Source: Octopus bimaculoides
Taxonomy: Eukaryota
Reading direction: 5' to 3'
DNA: 64,000 nucleotides
NCBI RefSeq assembly: GCF_001194135.2
Contig: NC_068982.1
Coordinates: forward strand, 188,724,929 to 188,788,928
Shown: in pieces, positions 25,829 to 39,190 of the stretch
How the letters are laid out: each line of letters begins with the position of its first letter
Numbering within the stretch: position 1 is the stretch's first letter
Program-made: the position numbers and the translations under genes
Notes under the pieces: model-generated
The model's input: the letters and a program-made list of their open reading frames with translations, nothing else
The model's database searches: none
What the model was told of the DNA's origin: nothing

Positions 25829-26384
25829 TGAGGCCTGATCAAAAAGTATCAGGACTGGCGCCATAAAAAGAAAGCTACAACACAAATTTGATGTTTGATC
25901 TCCTTCGAAGTAGTCCCTTTCTGAAGCCACACAAACTTTATCTGGCATCATTTCCATTGATGCAAGCATTCCTGGAACTCCTTTTTGGGATTTGCAAGCA
26001 GCTGCCTCATTGCAGTCTTTTGGATTTCCTTAATATCTTCAAATCTTGTTCCTTTCAAGTGGGATTTGATTTTGCCTTGGTTTCGGGGTCATAGCTGTAG
26101 ACCCACAATCCATCGCCTGTTAGGGCCGTTTTCAAAGAGTCTTCATCTTCCTCAACACATTCAAGGAGATCCTGAACAGCTGGAACTTGATCTTCTTCTT
26201 CTTGAGACAACCACACTCTACACACTTTACTTCAAAGCACTTCCATACACAACGGAAGAGAGCAAGAACATTATAACTCGCATAACAGAGTTCAAGTTCA
26301 GTCTGTGCCAAATGGCTTCACTCTGCATACTTTAGCCCCATTACCATAGCAACAGTCCTAATACTTTTTGATCAGACCTCCTCA
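25829..26384 (-). mobile_element. Internally deleted mariner transposon
   Basis: TA-flanked TIRs tgaggcctgatcaaaaagtatcaggact / agtcctaatactttttgatcagacctc. Minus strand retains LTGDGLWVYSYDPETK (first catalytic-D motif) and CVASERDYFEGD (mariner C-terminus). Confidence 0.9.
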
Positions 26385-28162
26385 TATCGGATGTGACTAA
26401 CAGTAATGATGAAATTAACAACTGATCACTTATCAAATTACCAACATATCATCATCATCGGTGTCGTTTAACGTCTGCTTTCCGTGCTGGCATGGGTTGG
26501 ACAGTTTAACAAAGGACTGGCAAGCCAGGAGGCTGCACTAGATTCCAATCTGATCTGGCAAGGTTTCTACAGCTGGATGCCCTTCCTAACGCCAACCATT
26601 CCAAGAGTGTAGTGGATGCTTTTTACATGCCACTGACTGGTGTCAGGCACTGGCAATGATCACACTTGAATGGTGCTTTTTACATGCCACCAGTACAGGA
26701 GCCAGTCAGGTGGTACTGGCATTGCTTTTTATGTGCCACAGGTACTGTCATCGGCTATGACAATGACTTCACTTGACTGAACAAGCCTTCACAAGCGTAG
26801 TTTATTGGCCAATGATATAAATAATGAATTCAAATCCACCTGCAAAAGGTTCTTTTGTGGATCTAAGGAAGATATTTAATTCAATACTTGCTGCTTTTAG
26901 TTTTGGTAAAGAGATTCAGAAATATTTGAGGGAAGTTACCTGTAATTGACTAGGTAATGTAATTTAACCCCAGGTCAAGTCAGATTGAATCAGATATTCT
27001 GATCAAAATCATCCCATCTTTTCTTTTCAAATATCATATATTGAATTTTAGATAACTTTTAAGACAGTAATGTGTGATTTAAGGGAAATCTGGTTGCTAT
27101 TTTTAACAGATTGAACAGCCATGCAGAAGCCCACTCGTCTGTTACTGCAGATTGACTCACATTCTAGCTAAGAGTGAATATATTTCTTATCTGCTTAATG
27201 CGATAAAACAAAAACAGAGTTAATTACTAACGCAGTTCTTACTAATTAAGGAAACTACTAATTAACTATAAATCAATTTACAAGTGGCTGTGTGGTAAGA
27301 AGTTTGGTTCCTAATTACATGGTTCCAGGTTCACTCCCATTGCATGGCACCTTGTGCAAGTGTCTTCTACTATAGCCTTTGGCCAACCAAAGCCTTGCAG
27401 GTGGATTTGGTAGATGGAAACTGAAAGAAGCCTGTTGTATATATATATGTGTGTGTGTTTACATTCTTGTAACTTAACAGTTTGGCAAAAGAGACTAATA
27501 AGTACCAGGCTTACAAAAAAAAAGTACTGTGGTTGATTTGTTAGAAAAAAAAGTTCTTCAAAGCAGTACCCCAGCATGGCCACAGTGTCCAATGACTGAA
27601 AGAAACAAAAAGTAAAAGATAACTATTGTATATTCCTGTAAGAATGATGGTGAGTTTAATGAAGACGGGATATTATTCTATCTGATTTAGCAATTTTAAT
27701 TTGACAAATGGTTCCTAGAGACACCCTTTGTCCCCCACCTTATAATAATTTAAGTGGCCCCTTTTCCATGGTCACTCAAATTAGATGATCCTACATTGAG
27801 GCAGTGCTTTCTTTCTACACTTGGATGCCCTTGTTGCCAACCTTCACCTGTTTTCAAACAAATTAATGTTTCTCCTAATCATTTGAACACAAACAGTTCA
27901 AGGGTCAGTCATTTTGCACAAGAAATCGTTGACAAATGGCAGTTTTTGTATGATGGCTTTGTTTACAATCACTGCACAAATATCAAGACACATTTGCACG
28001 TGCACACACACAACACACACAGACATGGCAGGCTTTGGTCTACAAATTTACCCACAATGCATTAATTTGGTGTAGGGCCATGCTGGAAAATACATCTCCC
28101 AAGGTGCTATGGGATTGAGCAAGAAACCTCACAGTTGAAAAACAAACTTCTTAGCTTGTAGG

Positions 28163-28470
28163 CACCTTTGAATCTATAGTTCTACCTATACCTATGGTCA
28201 TATCTGAGCCTATAGCTTTGCCTGTGCCTATAGCCATGTTTGGACCCATAACCCTACATGTGCTTTAAGCCATGTTTGAGTCTAGCCCTATCTGAGCCCA
28301 TATCCCTGCCTGTGCCTATTGTCATATTTGATCTTATAGCCTTGCCAATACCTATAGCCATGCTTGTACCTATAGCCCTGCACCTGCACCTATAGCCATG
28401 CTTGTGCCTATTGCCCTGACTCTGCACCTATAGTTGTGTTTGAGCCTATATCCATGTCTGCATCTATGAC
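28163..28470. repeat. Degenerate 18-bp minisatellite with 36-bp higher-order alternation
   Basis: About 16 units like cctatagccatgcttgta / gctataggcacaggcaaa (minus strand), built on an RYAGGY hexamer. Confidence 0.8.
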
Positions 28471-29430
28471 ATAATGTTGAAATAAAATACTTGGAAAAAA
28501 AATTGAAATGAAAATAAAATTTAAAAGATTTAAATATGGCAATAAAAGAAATAAATTGAATTTTCAGAAAATTCTCTATATAGATCATGTATAAAGTCTA
28601 ACCTGGTATTGTACTACAGTGTTAGTTGAGGAACACTCCCACCACGACCACCACTGTTAGATTGGTTGATGGTAATTTGGTAAAGAAGCAGTCAGCTTTA
28701 TGTAAATAAATCATTGATTGTTTTTGGAGCAGTGGGGTGGGGGGAATTGGTGATTCTAATGTTTCTTAAGAAGAATGGCAGTGTAGGGTGTGGCACTCTG
28801 CATTCTGCCAATTCCTTCATGTACTTTATTTTTTACTTTCTTTGTTTATCTTTCTCCAAATCTCTCCTCCTCCCCCTTACTCTTTGCCTCTCCCCTCTCT
28901 CTCTATCTTTATTGCTGGTTTTTACTTCAATATTTTCTATCTTTCTCCCTTTCTGCACACAGACACACATGCATATATGAGTCAAGCCTAATTGTGTTTA
29001 GCTGCATCACTACCCCTCCACGCCTATCTCTATATATATGACAGAGCAATAGTTTGAAATTTTGGCACCCATGCTGGTGGCACGTAAAGAGCACCACTCG
29101 AGCGTGGCCGACACCAATGTCAGTGGCACGTAAAATATACCATTTGATCATGTTCGATGCCAGTGCCACCTGACTGGTTCCTGTGCTGGTGGCACGTAAA
29201 AAGCATCATTTGAGCATGGTTGATGCCAGTACTACCTGATTGGGCTCCGTGCCAGTGACATGTAAAAAGCATCCACTACACTCTTGGGGCTGGTTGGCAT
29301 TAGGAAGGACATCCAGCTGTAGAAACATTGCCAAATCAAATTGGAGCCTGGTGTAGCCTCCAGGCTTGCCAGTCCTCAGTCAACCTGTTCTACCAGCATG
29401 GAAAGTAGATGTTAAACTATGATGATGATG

Positions 29431-31200
29431 ATAAGAAAATTCAAACATCACGAGAAATTATTTTGTAACTTAAAAACGTAAATGATTTATTTTATAATAT
29501 TTAATAATAAATGAATTACTTACATGTTTGCATTAATGCAGAATGCAAAAAAAAATCTTTCAAAATAATGCAGAATTTAAGCTACGTTCTCAGGTGAAAG
29601 TCTTTTTAAAATACTAAATCCTTAGCGTAACGTTATAAGAATGCAAAGTCAATATTTAAAAGATTATGGAAGACAATAATAATAAAATTGATATAAAATA
29701 TGATGATTGTCTAAGAAATGGAAGGGCATTTTAGTAATATAATTAAAAAGTAACTAGGAGATATTCTTAGTACATCAAAAGAAAAGATATATTTATTACT
29801 AAAAATCTAGAAAATAAATGATATTAAAAAATACTATTTAATAATAAGTGTGGTCAATGCCAGTGCCACCTGACTGGTCCCATGCTGGTGGCATGTAAAA
29901 AGCACCATCCGAACATGATTGATGCCAGGGCAGCCTGACTGGCTCCTGTCCTGGTGGCACATAAAAAGCACCATCCGAACATGATTGATGCCAGGGCAGC
30001 CTGACTGGCTCCTGTCCTGGTGACACATAAAAAGCACCCACTACACTCTCGGAGTGGTTGGTGTTAGGAAGGGCATCCAGCTGTAGAAACATGGCCAGAT
30101 CAGATTGGAGCCTGGTGCAGCCCTCTGGCTTGCCAGTCCTCAGTCAAACCGTCCAACCCATGCCAGCATGGAAAGCAGACATTAAATGACTACGTTGATG
30201 ATGAATTTTACATAATTAATTCCACCACCTTGACTATAATCCTAATAAACCTTCTTTCACATCTTCGGAAACTGTTTCATTAATTTATATCAATTTTATT
30301 CCCATTGTCTTCCATACTTTCTATGAATGTAAAAAAAATTTAATATTGTTCATATTTTCTTGTTGATATCAATCCTGATGTTTCATAAATATTGTCTCTA
30401 AATACTTTTACTTAATTTTAATTTGTTGTTGTTTTAAGATCTTTTATTTTCTAGATTTTTAGCACTAAATATATCTTTTTTTTTTTTATTGTACTAGTTA
30501 CGTTTAATTATGTAACTAAAATTCCCTTCCATTTATTAGACAATCATCATATTATTTTATATCAATTTTATTATTATTGTCTTCCATAATCTTTTAAATA
30601 TTGACTTTGCTTAGGCATCTAAGTAATTTGCAGCATGAAAAGTGTTCAAGCCATTTTAAAAATACACACAAAAACCATTAGATTCACTTCAATATTTAAA
30701 TTTAATTTGTGTCAAAATATTTTCGTTGCTTTGAGACCGCAACCTGATCATCATCATCATCATCATTCAATGTCTGCTTTCCATGCTGGCATGGGTTGGA
30801 TGGTTTGGCTAAGGACTGGCGAGCCAGATGGCTGCACCAGGCTCCACTCTGATCTGGCAGAGTTTCTACAGCTGGATGCCCTAAAATTCCGTGCTGCATC
30901 TCGGAATTTTGTCAGTGATCAGGTCGTGGTCTCAAACCAACGAAAATATTTTGGCAGATTAAATTTAAATGTTGAAGTGAATGTAATGGTTTTTTTGTAT
31001 GTTTTTAAATGGCTTATAAACACATTACACGCTGCAATTGTTTTCGTTTCACCACACGATCTCAGATCAGGTCACTTGCTATGCAAGTACATCTCTGTAA
31101 GTAATTTATTTATTATTAAATATGATAATATAAATTATTTACATGTTTTGAATTACAAAGTAATTTGTCGTGAAATTAGAATTTTCATATTGCTAAATAA
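29431..31200. repeat. Large AT-rich inverted-repeat complex interrupted by RTE-tail repeats
   Basis: 29643-29757 mirrors 30493-30611; 29431-29525 mirrors 31095-31195; inner hairpin 30685-30750 / 30916-30979. Confidence 0.75.
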
Positions 31201-32709
31201 AATTTCATCAAACTATTTCTCTGTCATTTATGACTTTATACCCTCCTTATTGTTTTCTCTTGTGTTGTACTATATATTCTATGTTTTGTAGAATGATACA
31301 TTAAAGAGCTTTTTTAATGAGTGCTACTGGATTACTTGAAGCCATATACCGCGGCTTGCCAATGCCAGTGCTGCCTTGACTGGCTCCCGTGCTGGTGCCA
31401 CGTAAAAAGAACCATCTGATCGTGGTTGATGCCAGCCCCCTCTGACCCCTGTGCTGGTGCCACGTAAAAAAGGCACCCACTACACTCTCGGAGTGGTTGG
31501 TGTTAGGAAGGGTATTCAGGTGTAGAAACTCTGCCAGATCAGATCAGAGCCTGGTGCAGTCTCCTGGCTTGCCAGTCCCCAGTCAAACCGTCCAACCCAT
31601 GCCAGCATGAAAAGTCGATGTTAAACAATGATGATGGTTATATATATACATACACACACACATATATATATATATATCCATACGTACACACACCCACAGT
31701 GCTCTAGCTTGGTCACAGTTCAAAGACTGAAACAAGAAAAGATAAAAAGAAAGTGTATGCATGACATCATCATCACTTAGCATCCAGTTTTCCATGCTGA
31801 CATGGGTTAGAAGGTTTGAGAGGCTGGCAGGCCAGAAGACTATGTGAAGCAGCTCTTGCATTGGCTTTTGGCACGATTTCTACAGCTGGATGCCCTTTCT
31901 AATGCCAGTCACTTTGTAGGATGCTTTGTATGTGGTACTGGCGCTAGTGAGGTTACCAAGTATCTCACAGGACAAGGCCCTTCCACTGAAGAGGGCAAGG
32001 TGGCTTTGTGTAAGGTGATGAGATGTTAAAGTGGGCTAGGGGAACAGGACCAGGTATCTTGCTGTAGGGGGCATACATAATTACCCCAGTTAGAAAAGAA
32101 AGAGGATGGTGTTGTGACATAGCCTCAAGTTACAAGATGAATAAAAGGGAGGGGGTGGGGATAAATAAGTTCATGGGTTTGAGTAAGTTTGTGTGGTTGC
32201 TGTTTAACCATGGGTTGATGGATTCAGGTATGATGTGTTGTTGTTTGTATTTAATGCAGGTTAGCTGTGATCCAGCAGACCTATGGGCAAATGAATATAA
32301 GCATGGCTGATTGGTTAAGAAGTTTGCTTCATAATCTTGAGATCTCCAGTTCAGTCCCAGCATGTGGTATGTTGGGCCATTTTTTAATTTTTTAACAACA
32401 GGTTTGACAGGAGCTGCACCCATTTCCATTGTTTATTTTGGTATGGCTACTACACCTGGGTGTCTTTCCAAATGCCAACCACTTTACAGAGTGTGCTGGG
32501 TACTTTTCATGTGGCACCAGCACCAATGCTTTTTATGTGACTTATAAATAGTAGTTTCAACTGGAAGGCCAGTTAGTGATTGACAAAGTCCTTAGTGAGT
32601 GATGCCAAGAAACCTGTGGACTTTTTGATCATTTTAGAAATGTGGTTTGTACAATGCAGACAATTATTGACAATAATGCCAGGGTCATGTTCACCAGTAG
32701 ACTTCTTAA

Positions 32710-32920
32710 CCCTTTAGTATTCAAAGCAGTCATATCCAGCCCAGTTATTCAGTTTTACATTCAAACTGGCCAGATCTGGCCTCTCACACCTACCCTACAA
32801 TGTCATTCTAAAAATAAGCAATCGCATCATTGGAATCTTTAAGCTGTAAGATGTTGCATGATTAGTTCAACACAATATGAATAAATAAGCATTACATTTG
32901 ACAGAGTAAGTCTGAATGGG
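32710..32920. mobile_element. piggyBac-like TTAA MITE, family 1
   Basis: TTAA|ccctttagtattc ... tctgaatggg|TTAA; internal sequence shared with 34942-35162. Confidence 0.8.
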
Positions 32921-33999
32921 TTAAGGTTGATGTGGATGGAGTTGGTAAATTCAAAGTTTTTTCCTCCTAAAATGATTTCAGTGCCCTTGTTCACAGCCAA
33001 CTTGAGTTGCCAATCAACAGTCCATTGCTATATTGTGTCCAGATCAGAAAGCAACATTTTGTAAAGTACCAATTTTCTTTTTTGTAAATATAGGCGCAGG
33101 AGTGTGGCTGTGTGGTAAGAAGCTTGCTTCCCAACCACATGGTTCTGGGTTCATTCCCACAGCATGGCACCTTGGGCAAGTGCCTTCTACTATAGCCTCG
33201 GGGCAACCAAAGCCTTGTGAGTGGATTTGCTATGTGTGTTTTTGCATCTGTGTTTGTCCCCCTATCCCCGCTCCCACCATCACTTGACAACTGATGCTGG
33301 TGTATTTATGTACCCCATAAGTTAGCAGTTCGACAAAAGAGACCAAAGAATAAGTCCTGGGGGCGATTTCTTTGACTAAAAAGGTGGTGCTCCAGCATGG
33401 CCACAGTCAAATGACTGAAACACGTAAAAGAATATAGTAGGATGTGATTTGAAGATTTGGCTGCTATTTCTTGCAAGTCAATAAGTTCCCACATTGGATC
33501 ATGCATCATAAAGTGAAGGTAATGGAAGAAATACATAGAAGATGGGTTATAATTATTTTCTTTCCTGTTTATTCTGTATAATTATTAGACTTGTCGTAGC
33601 CCCCTTTCGGACCCTTTAGGCCACAATTCTGATAATAAATTCATCTTTAAATTTCCTTATTGGCCTTTTTCTTGTATTCAATGGGGCATCATGAATCTAA
33701 ACGGATTTTTGTGTCATCAGAATAGGAGAATAGACAAGGACATCTGCAAGTGAGAGGAGACCAACCATCTCAAACCTAACTGAGGATGATTTGGGTGTAG
33801 AGTGTTATGACTTAGTTAGGCCTGGCAGACAGCACTTCGAAGTAGAAACTGATGTCTGTTAACATATAAGGTGTGTCTATTTGTGTGTTTATACTGACAC
33901 ACGCACGCCCACACAACACACACATTTATACCATATACATAAGCATACACACATATTTAAGTACTAATCTATATATATATCTATGTATGTAGATATGTA

Positions 34000-34034
<35 letters not shown>

Positions 34035-34941
34035 GCATGTATGTTATAGAAAGAGCAGCACATGCCATCTGATGTTCGGGCACAAATATAAGAAGCCCAA
34101 TGTACCCATCATGACTACCCATCTGGTAAGGGTACACCAGGCACATGCATCACAACCCTACGTGCACAAATGGTGACTTCATATGGAGTTAAACAGCGCA
34201 TGACCTTGCAGGTGGGGCCCAGTTAGAATCTTTTTCTTCAGACAGAATAGCCCATCCTGCTCAAAAGGTCTCTGAATAAGGGTTGTTTAAGGATGATAAA
34301 CACCCATGTTTCCAGGGATGAATTGTTCAAACCTCAAAGAATCCCTCACTAATCAGGGCAAATATGTTTTCCCCCCACCACTCCTACTCACGATCAGAGA
34401 CACATATTATCAACCAATAAGGGACATGCTCAACTGATTGTATCTATGTATGTATGTGTCTATCTGTGTATATATGCGCATACATATATGGAAATTTCTA
34501 AAGCAACTAGATTTCCAACAATTTCTATGAGTTTTCAGTTGTTTGACCACTCAGAAACTCTCCCCTACTGAATTACAGTCTAAAAGGCTGAGTATTCCAG
34601 ACACATGTGGAATTAATAATGTAATTCTCAGGCTGGATGTATGAGACATTTGTAATGCAGGTTCTATCTGATGTCCCTTCAAACAGTCTCTGTCTTCAGA
34701 GAGACTGGAGGTTCAGGTAAAGACATTTGTTCAAGGTACCACAAAGTTGGATTTGAACCCTAGACCTCATGATAGCAAAGCAAATTGAACAGTTTTTATT
34801 TTTTACTTGTTTCAGTCATTAGACTCCAGCCATACTAGAGCATCACCTTGATTTTTTAGTAGAATGAATCGACCCCACTTCTTCATTTTTTAAAGCCTGG
34901 TACTTATTCTATCAGTCACTTTTGCCAATCTGTTAAGTTAA

Positions 34942-35162
34942 CCCTTTAGCATTCAAACCGGCCATATCCGGCCAAAAGTATCCTGCCTGTTTTATGTTAG
35001 AACTAGCCAGATCTGGTCTCTCACACCAACCCTACAATATCGTTTTAAAAATTAGCAGCTACCTTATCAAAATCTCATAGCTACAAGATAATACATGATT
35101 AGTTCAAAGCAATGTGGATAAAAAAGCATCAATTTTGGCAGAATAATGTGAACACTAAAGGG
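34942..35162. mobile_element. piggyBac-like TTAA MITE, family 1, inserted in a SINE
   Basis: TTAA|ccctttagcattc ... actaaaggg|TTAA. Relatives at 23736-24045, about 25515-25720, 32710-32920 and 46859-47077. Confidence 0.85.
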
Positions 35163-35404
35163 TTAAAGGGACATAAATACACCAATGCTAGTTTGTCAAA
35201 CAGTAGTGGGGGACAAACACAAAGACACACAACAGGCTTCTTTCAGTTTCCATCTACGAAATCCACTCATAAGGTATTGGTCAGCTTGTAGCTATAGTAG
35301 AAGACAATAGCCTGAGGTGCTCTGCAGTGGGACTGAACCTGGAACCATGTGGTTGGGAAGCAAACTTCTTACTACACAGCCACACCTGCATCTACCCATG
35401 GTAT

Positions 35405-35448
<44 letters not shown>

Positions 35449-35907
35449 ATATACATATAATACACATACACGTGTGTGTGTATATGGATGTACACGTATG
35501 TGTATGCATGTGTGTATATATATATACACACATGTGATGCATGTGTGTGTAAGCGACAGTATAGCTATATAGAAATAAGCTAGATGGTTCCTGCTACTTT
35601 CATTGATAAGAAATGTTGAATTTCCATCATTTAAAGATAAGAATTGCAGGAATTAAGAACCATTCCTAAGATTGTTTCTCACCATTTTACAGAATTGCAG
35701 TATTTTTATGTCTTCTCTTCCCACTTTCTTTTTTCTTTCGTTTTTCTGTAGCAACCATTTTCCATTTTATTTCTTATATTTAAGATTTTTTTTCCTCAAT
35801 TCCCTGTCACAAACTAACTTAGATTACCAGCTGAAGTGTGTTTACTGCTTGTGATATATAATTATTATTTTGGGCTACTGCTACTAAAAAAATGTTGCCG
35901 GTGATGT

Positions 35908-35946
<39 letters not shown>

Positions 35947-36589
35947 AATGGCATGGCTCTGTGGGAAGAAGCTTGCTTCCCAACCACATGGTTATGGGTT
36001 CACCTTTTGCTAGTGTCTTCTATAGGCTCAGGCCAAACAAAGCCTTGTGAGTGGATTAAGCAGATGGAAACTAAAAGAAGCCCATCATGTGTATATATAC
36101 ATGTGTGTGTGTTTTTCTCCCCTACTACTCCTTGACTACCAGTGCTAACTCAACAGTTCGATAAAAGAGACTGATAGAATAAGTACCAGGCTTAAAAAAA
36201 GTATTAAGGTCAATTCATTCGACTTAAAGTTCTTGAAAGCAGTGCCCCAGCATGGCTGCCAATGTCCAGTGAATGAAACAAGTAAAAAATGAAATATACA
36301 AACACATATGTACATATATATGATCTTCACCATCATATTTTATAACTACTCTTCCATGTTTGCGTGGATCAAATGGAATTTGTTGAAGCAGATTTTCTAT
36401 GGTTGGACGCTCTTCTTGTTATTAATCTGCACTTGTTTCAAAGTAAGATAATATTTCCCCCATGACTGGACATGTTTACGTAGACAAACGAAAACCAAAA
36501 AGTACTGTTTGTATGTTTGTGACTGTCACAATAACCGTGAGATGTGAAGACAGGGAGACGCAATCACACACACACATGCACACAAGGGG

Positions 36590-36770
36590 CTGTTGAAAGA
36601 AAATACAGGAGAATCAGTCAGTTTATTCAACATATTCCCCTTTCATATTCATACACTTCTTGCAGCGGCTGCCATTGTTTCTAAGCCTTACAGAAGAATT
36701 CGGAAGGTTGAGCCTCCAACGATGTCTTTCTCAATACACTTAAAGCCAAAACCTTTGCAAAACCGCCTTG
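36590..36770 (-). mobile_element. Mariner transposase 3' fragment
   Basis: Minus strand RCKKCMNMKGEYVE* is a mariner C-terminal motif. Confidence 0.6.
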
Positions 36771-36866
36771 TGTATGTATATATATTTTTTTTTCTGTGAG
36801 TTAGAGGTTGGGAAATCAACCAACTGAGGGATAGTGCCTATCCAATATACTGCTGGNNNNNNNNNN

Positions 36867-36940
<74 letters not shown>

Positions 36941-37419
36941 TTTCTGTGAGTTAGAGGTTGGGAAATCAACCAACTGAGGGATAGTGCCTATCCAATATAC
37001 TGCTGGTAGCGTATCCAATTATTCATACCCAAATGCATGGAGGATCTCATTGCCACTTGGCACAAACAGCTGTAAGGAACTGTTCTTTTGCTCTTTTCTC
37101 TAATATTAACATGTAACACATAGTTACTACATGTGTATGTTTTTTTTCTAATGCTTTCTAATGCTTTGGAATAAATAAACACACTGGAATTGTCTACCGG
37201 ATGATGTATGTCGTTTTGTATCTCTCCATTTTCTAATTTGCTATATATATATATACATACATATATATATATATATCCCATAATTTAGTGTATCCTCAGA
37301 TTGGAACCTGGAGCAGCTCTCCAGCTGACCAGTTTCAGTTAATCCTTCTAACCCATGCTAGCATGGAAAGCAGATACTAAATGATAATGATGATGTTTTA
37401 TTTCGTTTTGTACTAATCA

Positions 37420-37660
37420 GCATCATTGTTTTAACATCCATTTTTGCATGATTGCATGGGTCAGATGGAATTTGTTGAGGTAGAAATCCACGGGTCAGAG
37501 TTTCTAAGGCAAGAAACTGACCTGTTTCCAAGCCAGCTAATATTTCCCTTTGGTCAGATGTTTTCCATAGAAAACTGGAAACAAGCATCACTTGTATGGT
37601 TATGATGGTCATTTACAATCATCATGTCATTTCAAGACAAGGGTACACATATACACATGC
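37420..37660 (-). mobile_element. Further RTE-tail-like retroposon family (H)
   Basis: catcatt...ccattttt/tgcatgggtcagatggaatttgttgagg...taatatttccc; relatives at 36325-36580 and 48375-48535. Confidence 0.6.
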
Positions 37661-38759
37661 ATGTGTGTGTGTGTATATATATATATATAAATATAAGGAC
37701 TGGCTTTTGTGCGGGTGGCACATAAAAGACACCATTTCGAGCATGGCCGTTTTCGTGCGGGTGACACGTAAAAGCACCCACTACACTCTCTGAGTGGTTG
37801 GCGTTAGGAAGGGCATCCAGGTGTAGAAACTCTGCCAAATTAGATTGGAGCCTGGTGTTGCCATCCGGTTTCACCAGTCCTCAGTCAAATCGTCCAACCC
37901 ATGCTAGCATGGAAAGCAGATGTTAAACGATGATGATGATGATGATGATGATAAATACAGGGTTGGCCAAAAGTCACCCGACAGTAAATCAAAATTCCAT
38001 ATATACTTAATATTCAATTTTATTTATTCATTCCAATTATGAATGTTTAATAATTGAATGCTGTGAGTTAAAATCACTGTCTTTTTTTTTTTCAACATTT
38101 GTCACNNNNNNNNNNNNNNNNNNNNNNNNNNNNNNNNNNNNNNNNNNNNNNNNNNNNNNNNNNNNNNNNNNNNNNNNNNNNNNNNNNNNNNNNNNNNNNN
38201 NNNNNNNNNNNNNNNNNNNNNNNTATATATATATATATATATATATTGTTGCCAGTACCGCCAGACTGGCCCTCATGCCGGTGGCATGTAAAAAGCACCC
38301 ACTACACTCTCGGAGTGGTTGGCGTTAGGAAGAGCATCCAGCTGTAGAAACTCTGCTAGATCAGATTGGAGTCTGGCGTAGCCACCTGGTTTGCCACTCC
38401 CCAGTCAAATCGTCCAACCCATGCTAGCATGGAAAGCGGACGTTAAATGATGATGAAATAAAAACATACACATACAAACATACACATATACAAACATACA
38501 AGCACACACACACACATATTTATTTATGTATGATAGACTTCTCTCAGTTTCCATCTACCAAATTCCCTCACAAAGCATTGGCTAGCCCTGAGCTATACAA
38601 GACACTTACCCAAGGTGCCATACAGTGGGATTGAACCCAAAGCCACATGGTAAGGAAGCAAGCTTCTAAACCACACAGTCATACTTGTGCTTATTATGTT
38701 ATTACCTATCCGTCTTTCCTTGTATAAATGACATTCACAGTTGGAACTAGGTTACAGTG

Positions 38760-39190
38760 ATCAGGTCATAGTTGTGTCAAAAAATACTTTGATTTGGAAT
38801 AATCTCCAAGAGAAAGTCATAGACAGGGATACTATTAGTTTAATGAGGATCATCTGCTATTTCAGTAAGGAATTTCACATGCAGTTAGGTGTCTATCCAG
38901 GCCTGGCTTTCATGCCCTCTTCAATTTATCAAAGTTTTCTTGGCCATAAGAGAAAAGTTTAAGTCTGGTTATCCATGAAACCTTGTTTATGTCAAAAACA
39001 GTTCTCACAGTTGGATGTGTCAGGGATTTAGAAAGTAACGAGCCAACTTGTAAGCAAAAGCTAGAATTAAGTAAGCCATAGCAAAGACAAAAAGTTTGAA
39101 TTAGCAGAAATGAAGAGTGGACTGATCTGCCATCTGGGAGCAGGTTTTGGTTGATATGTAGAAAAGGGATTGATTCTCTATGATGTATCA
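38760..39190 (+). mobile_element. Decayed RTE reverse-transcriptase remnant
   Basis: FSKEFHMQLGVYPG followed, after a frameshift, by EKFKSGYP*NLVYVKN (cf. SEEFEVKVGVHQGS...EFRTGCPWELLYADD). Confidence 0.55.

Noticed and set aside
27161-27190. 30-nt segment with good acceptor and GTGAGT donor on the minus strand
   Set aside because: Stop codons in all three frames; a poison exon cannot be excluded but has no support without RNA data.
29050-30050. Regularly spaced repeats resembling a CRISPR array
   Set aside because: Units are whole tandem copies within a LINE 3' UTR with no unique spacers, in a eukaryotic context with no cas genes.
30635-31291. 218-aa ORF
   Set aside because: Crosses an RTE-tail repeat and AT-rich inverted-repeat DNA; no recognisable domain.
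36773-37006. Exact direct duplication of about 84 bp
   Set aside because: The copies flank a short N gap beside a (TA)n tract; most likely an unmerged contig overlap.
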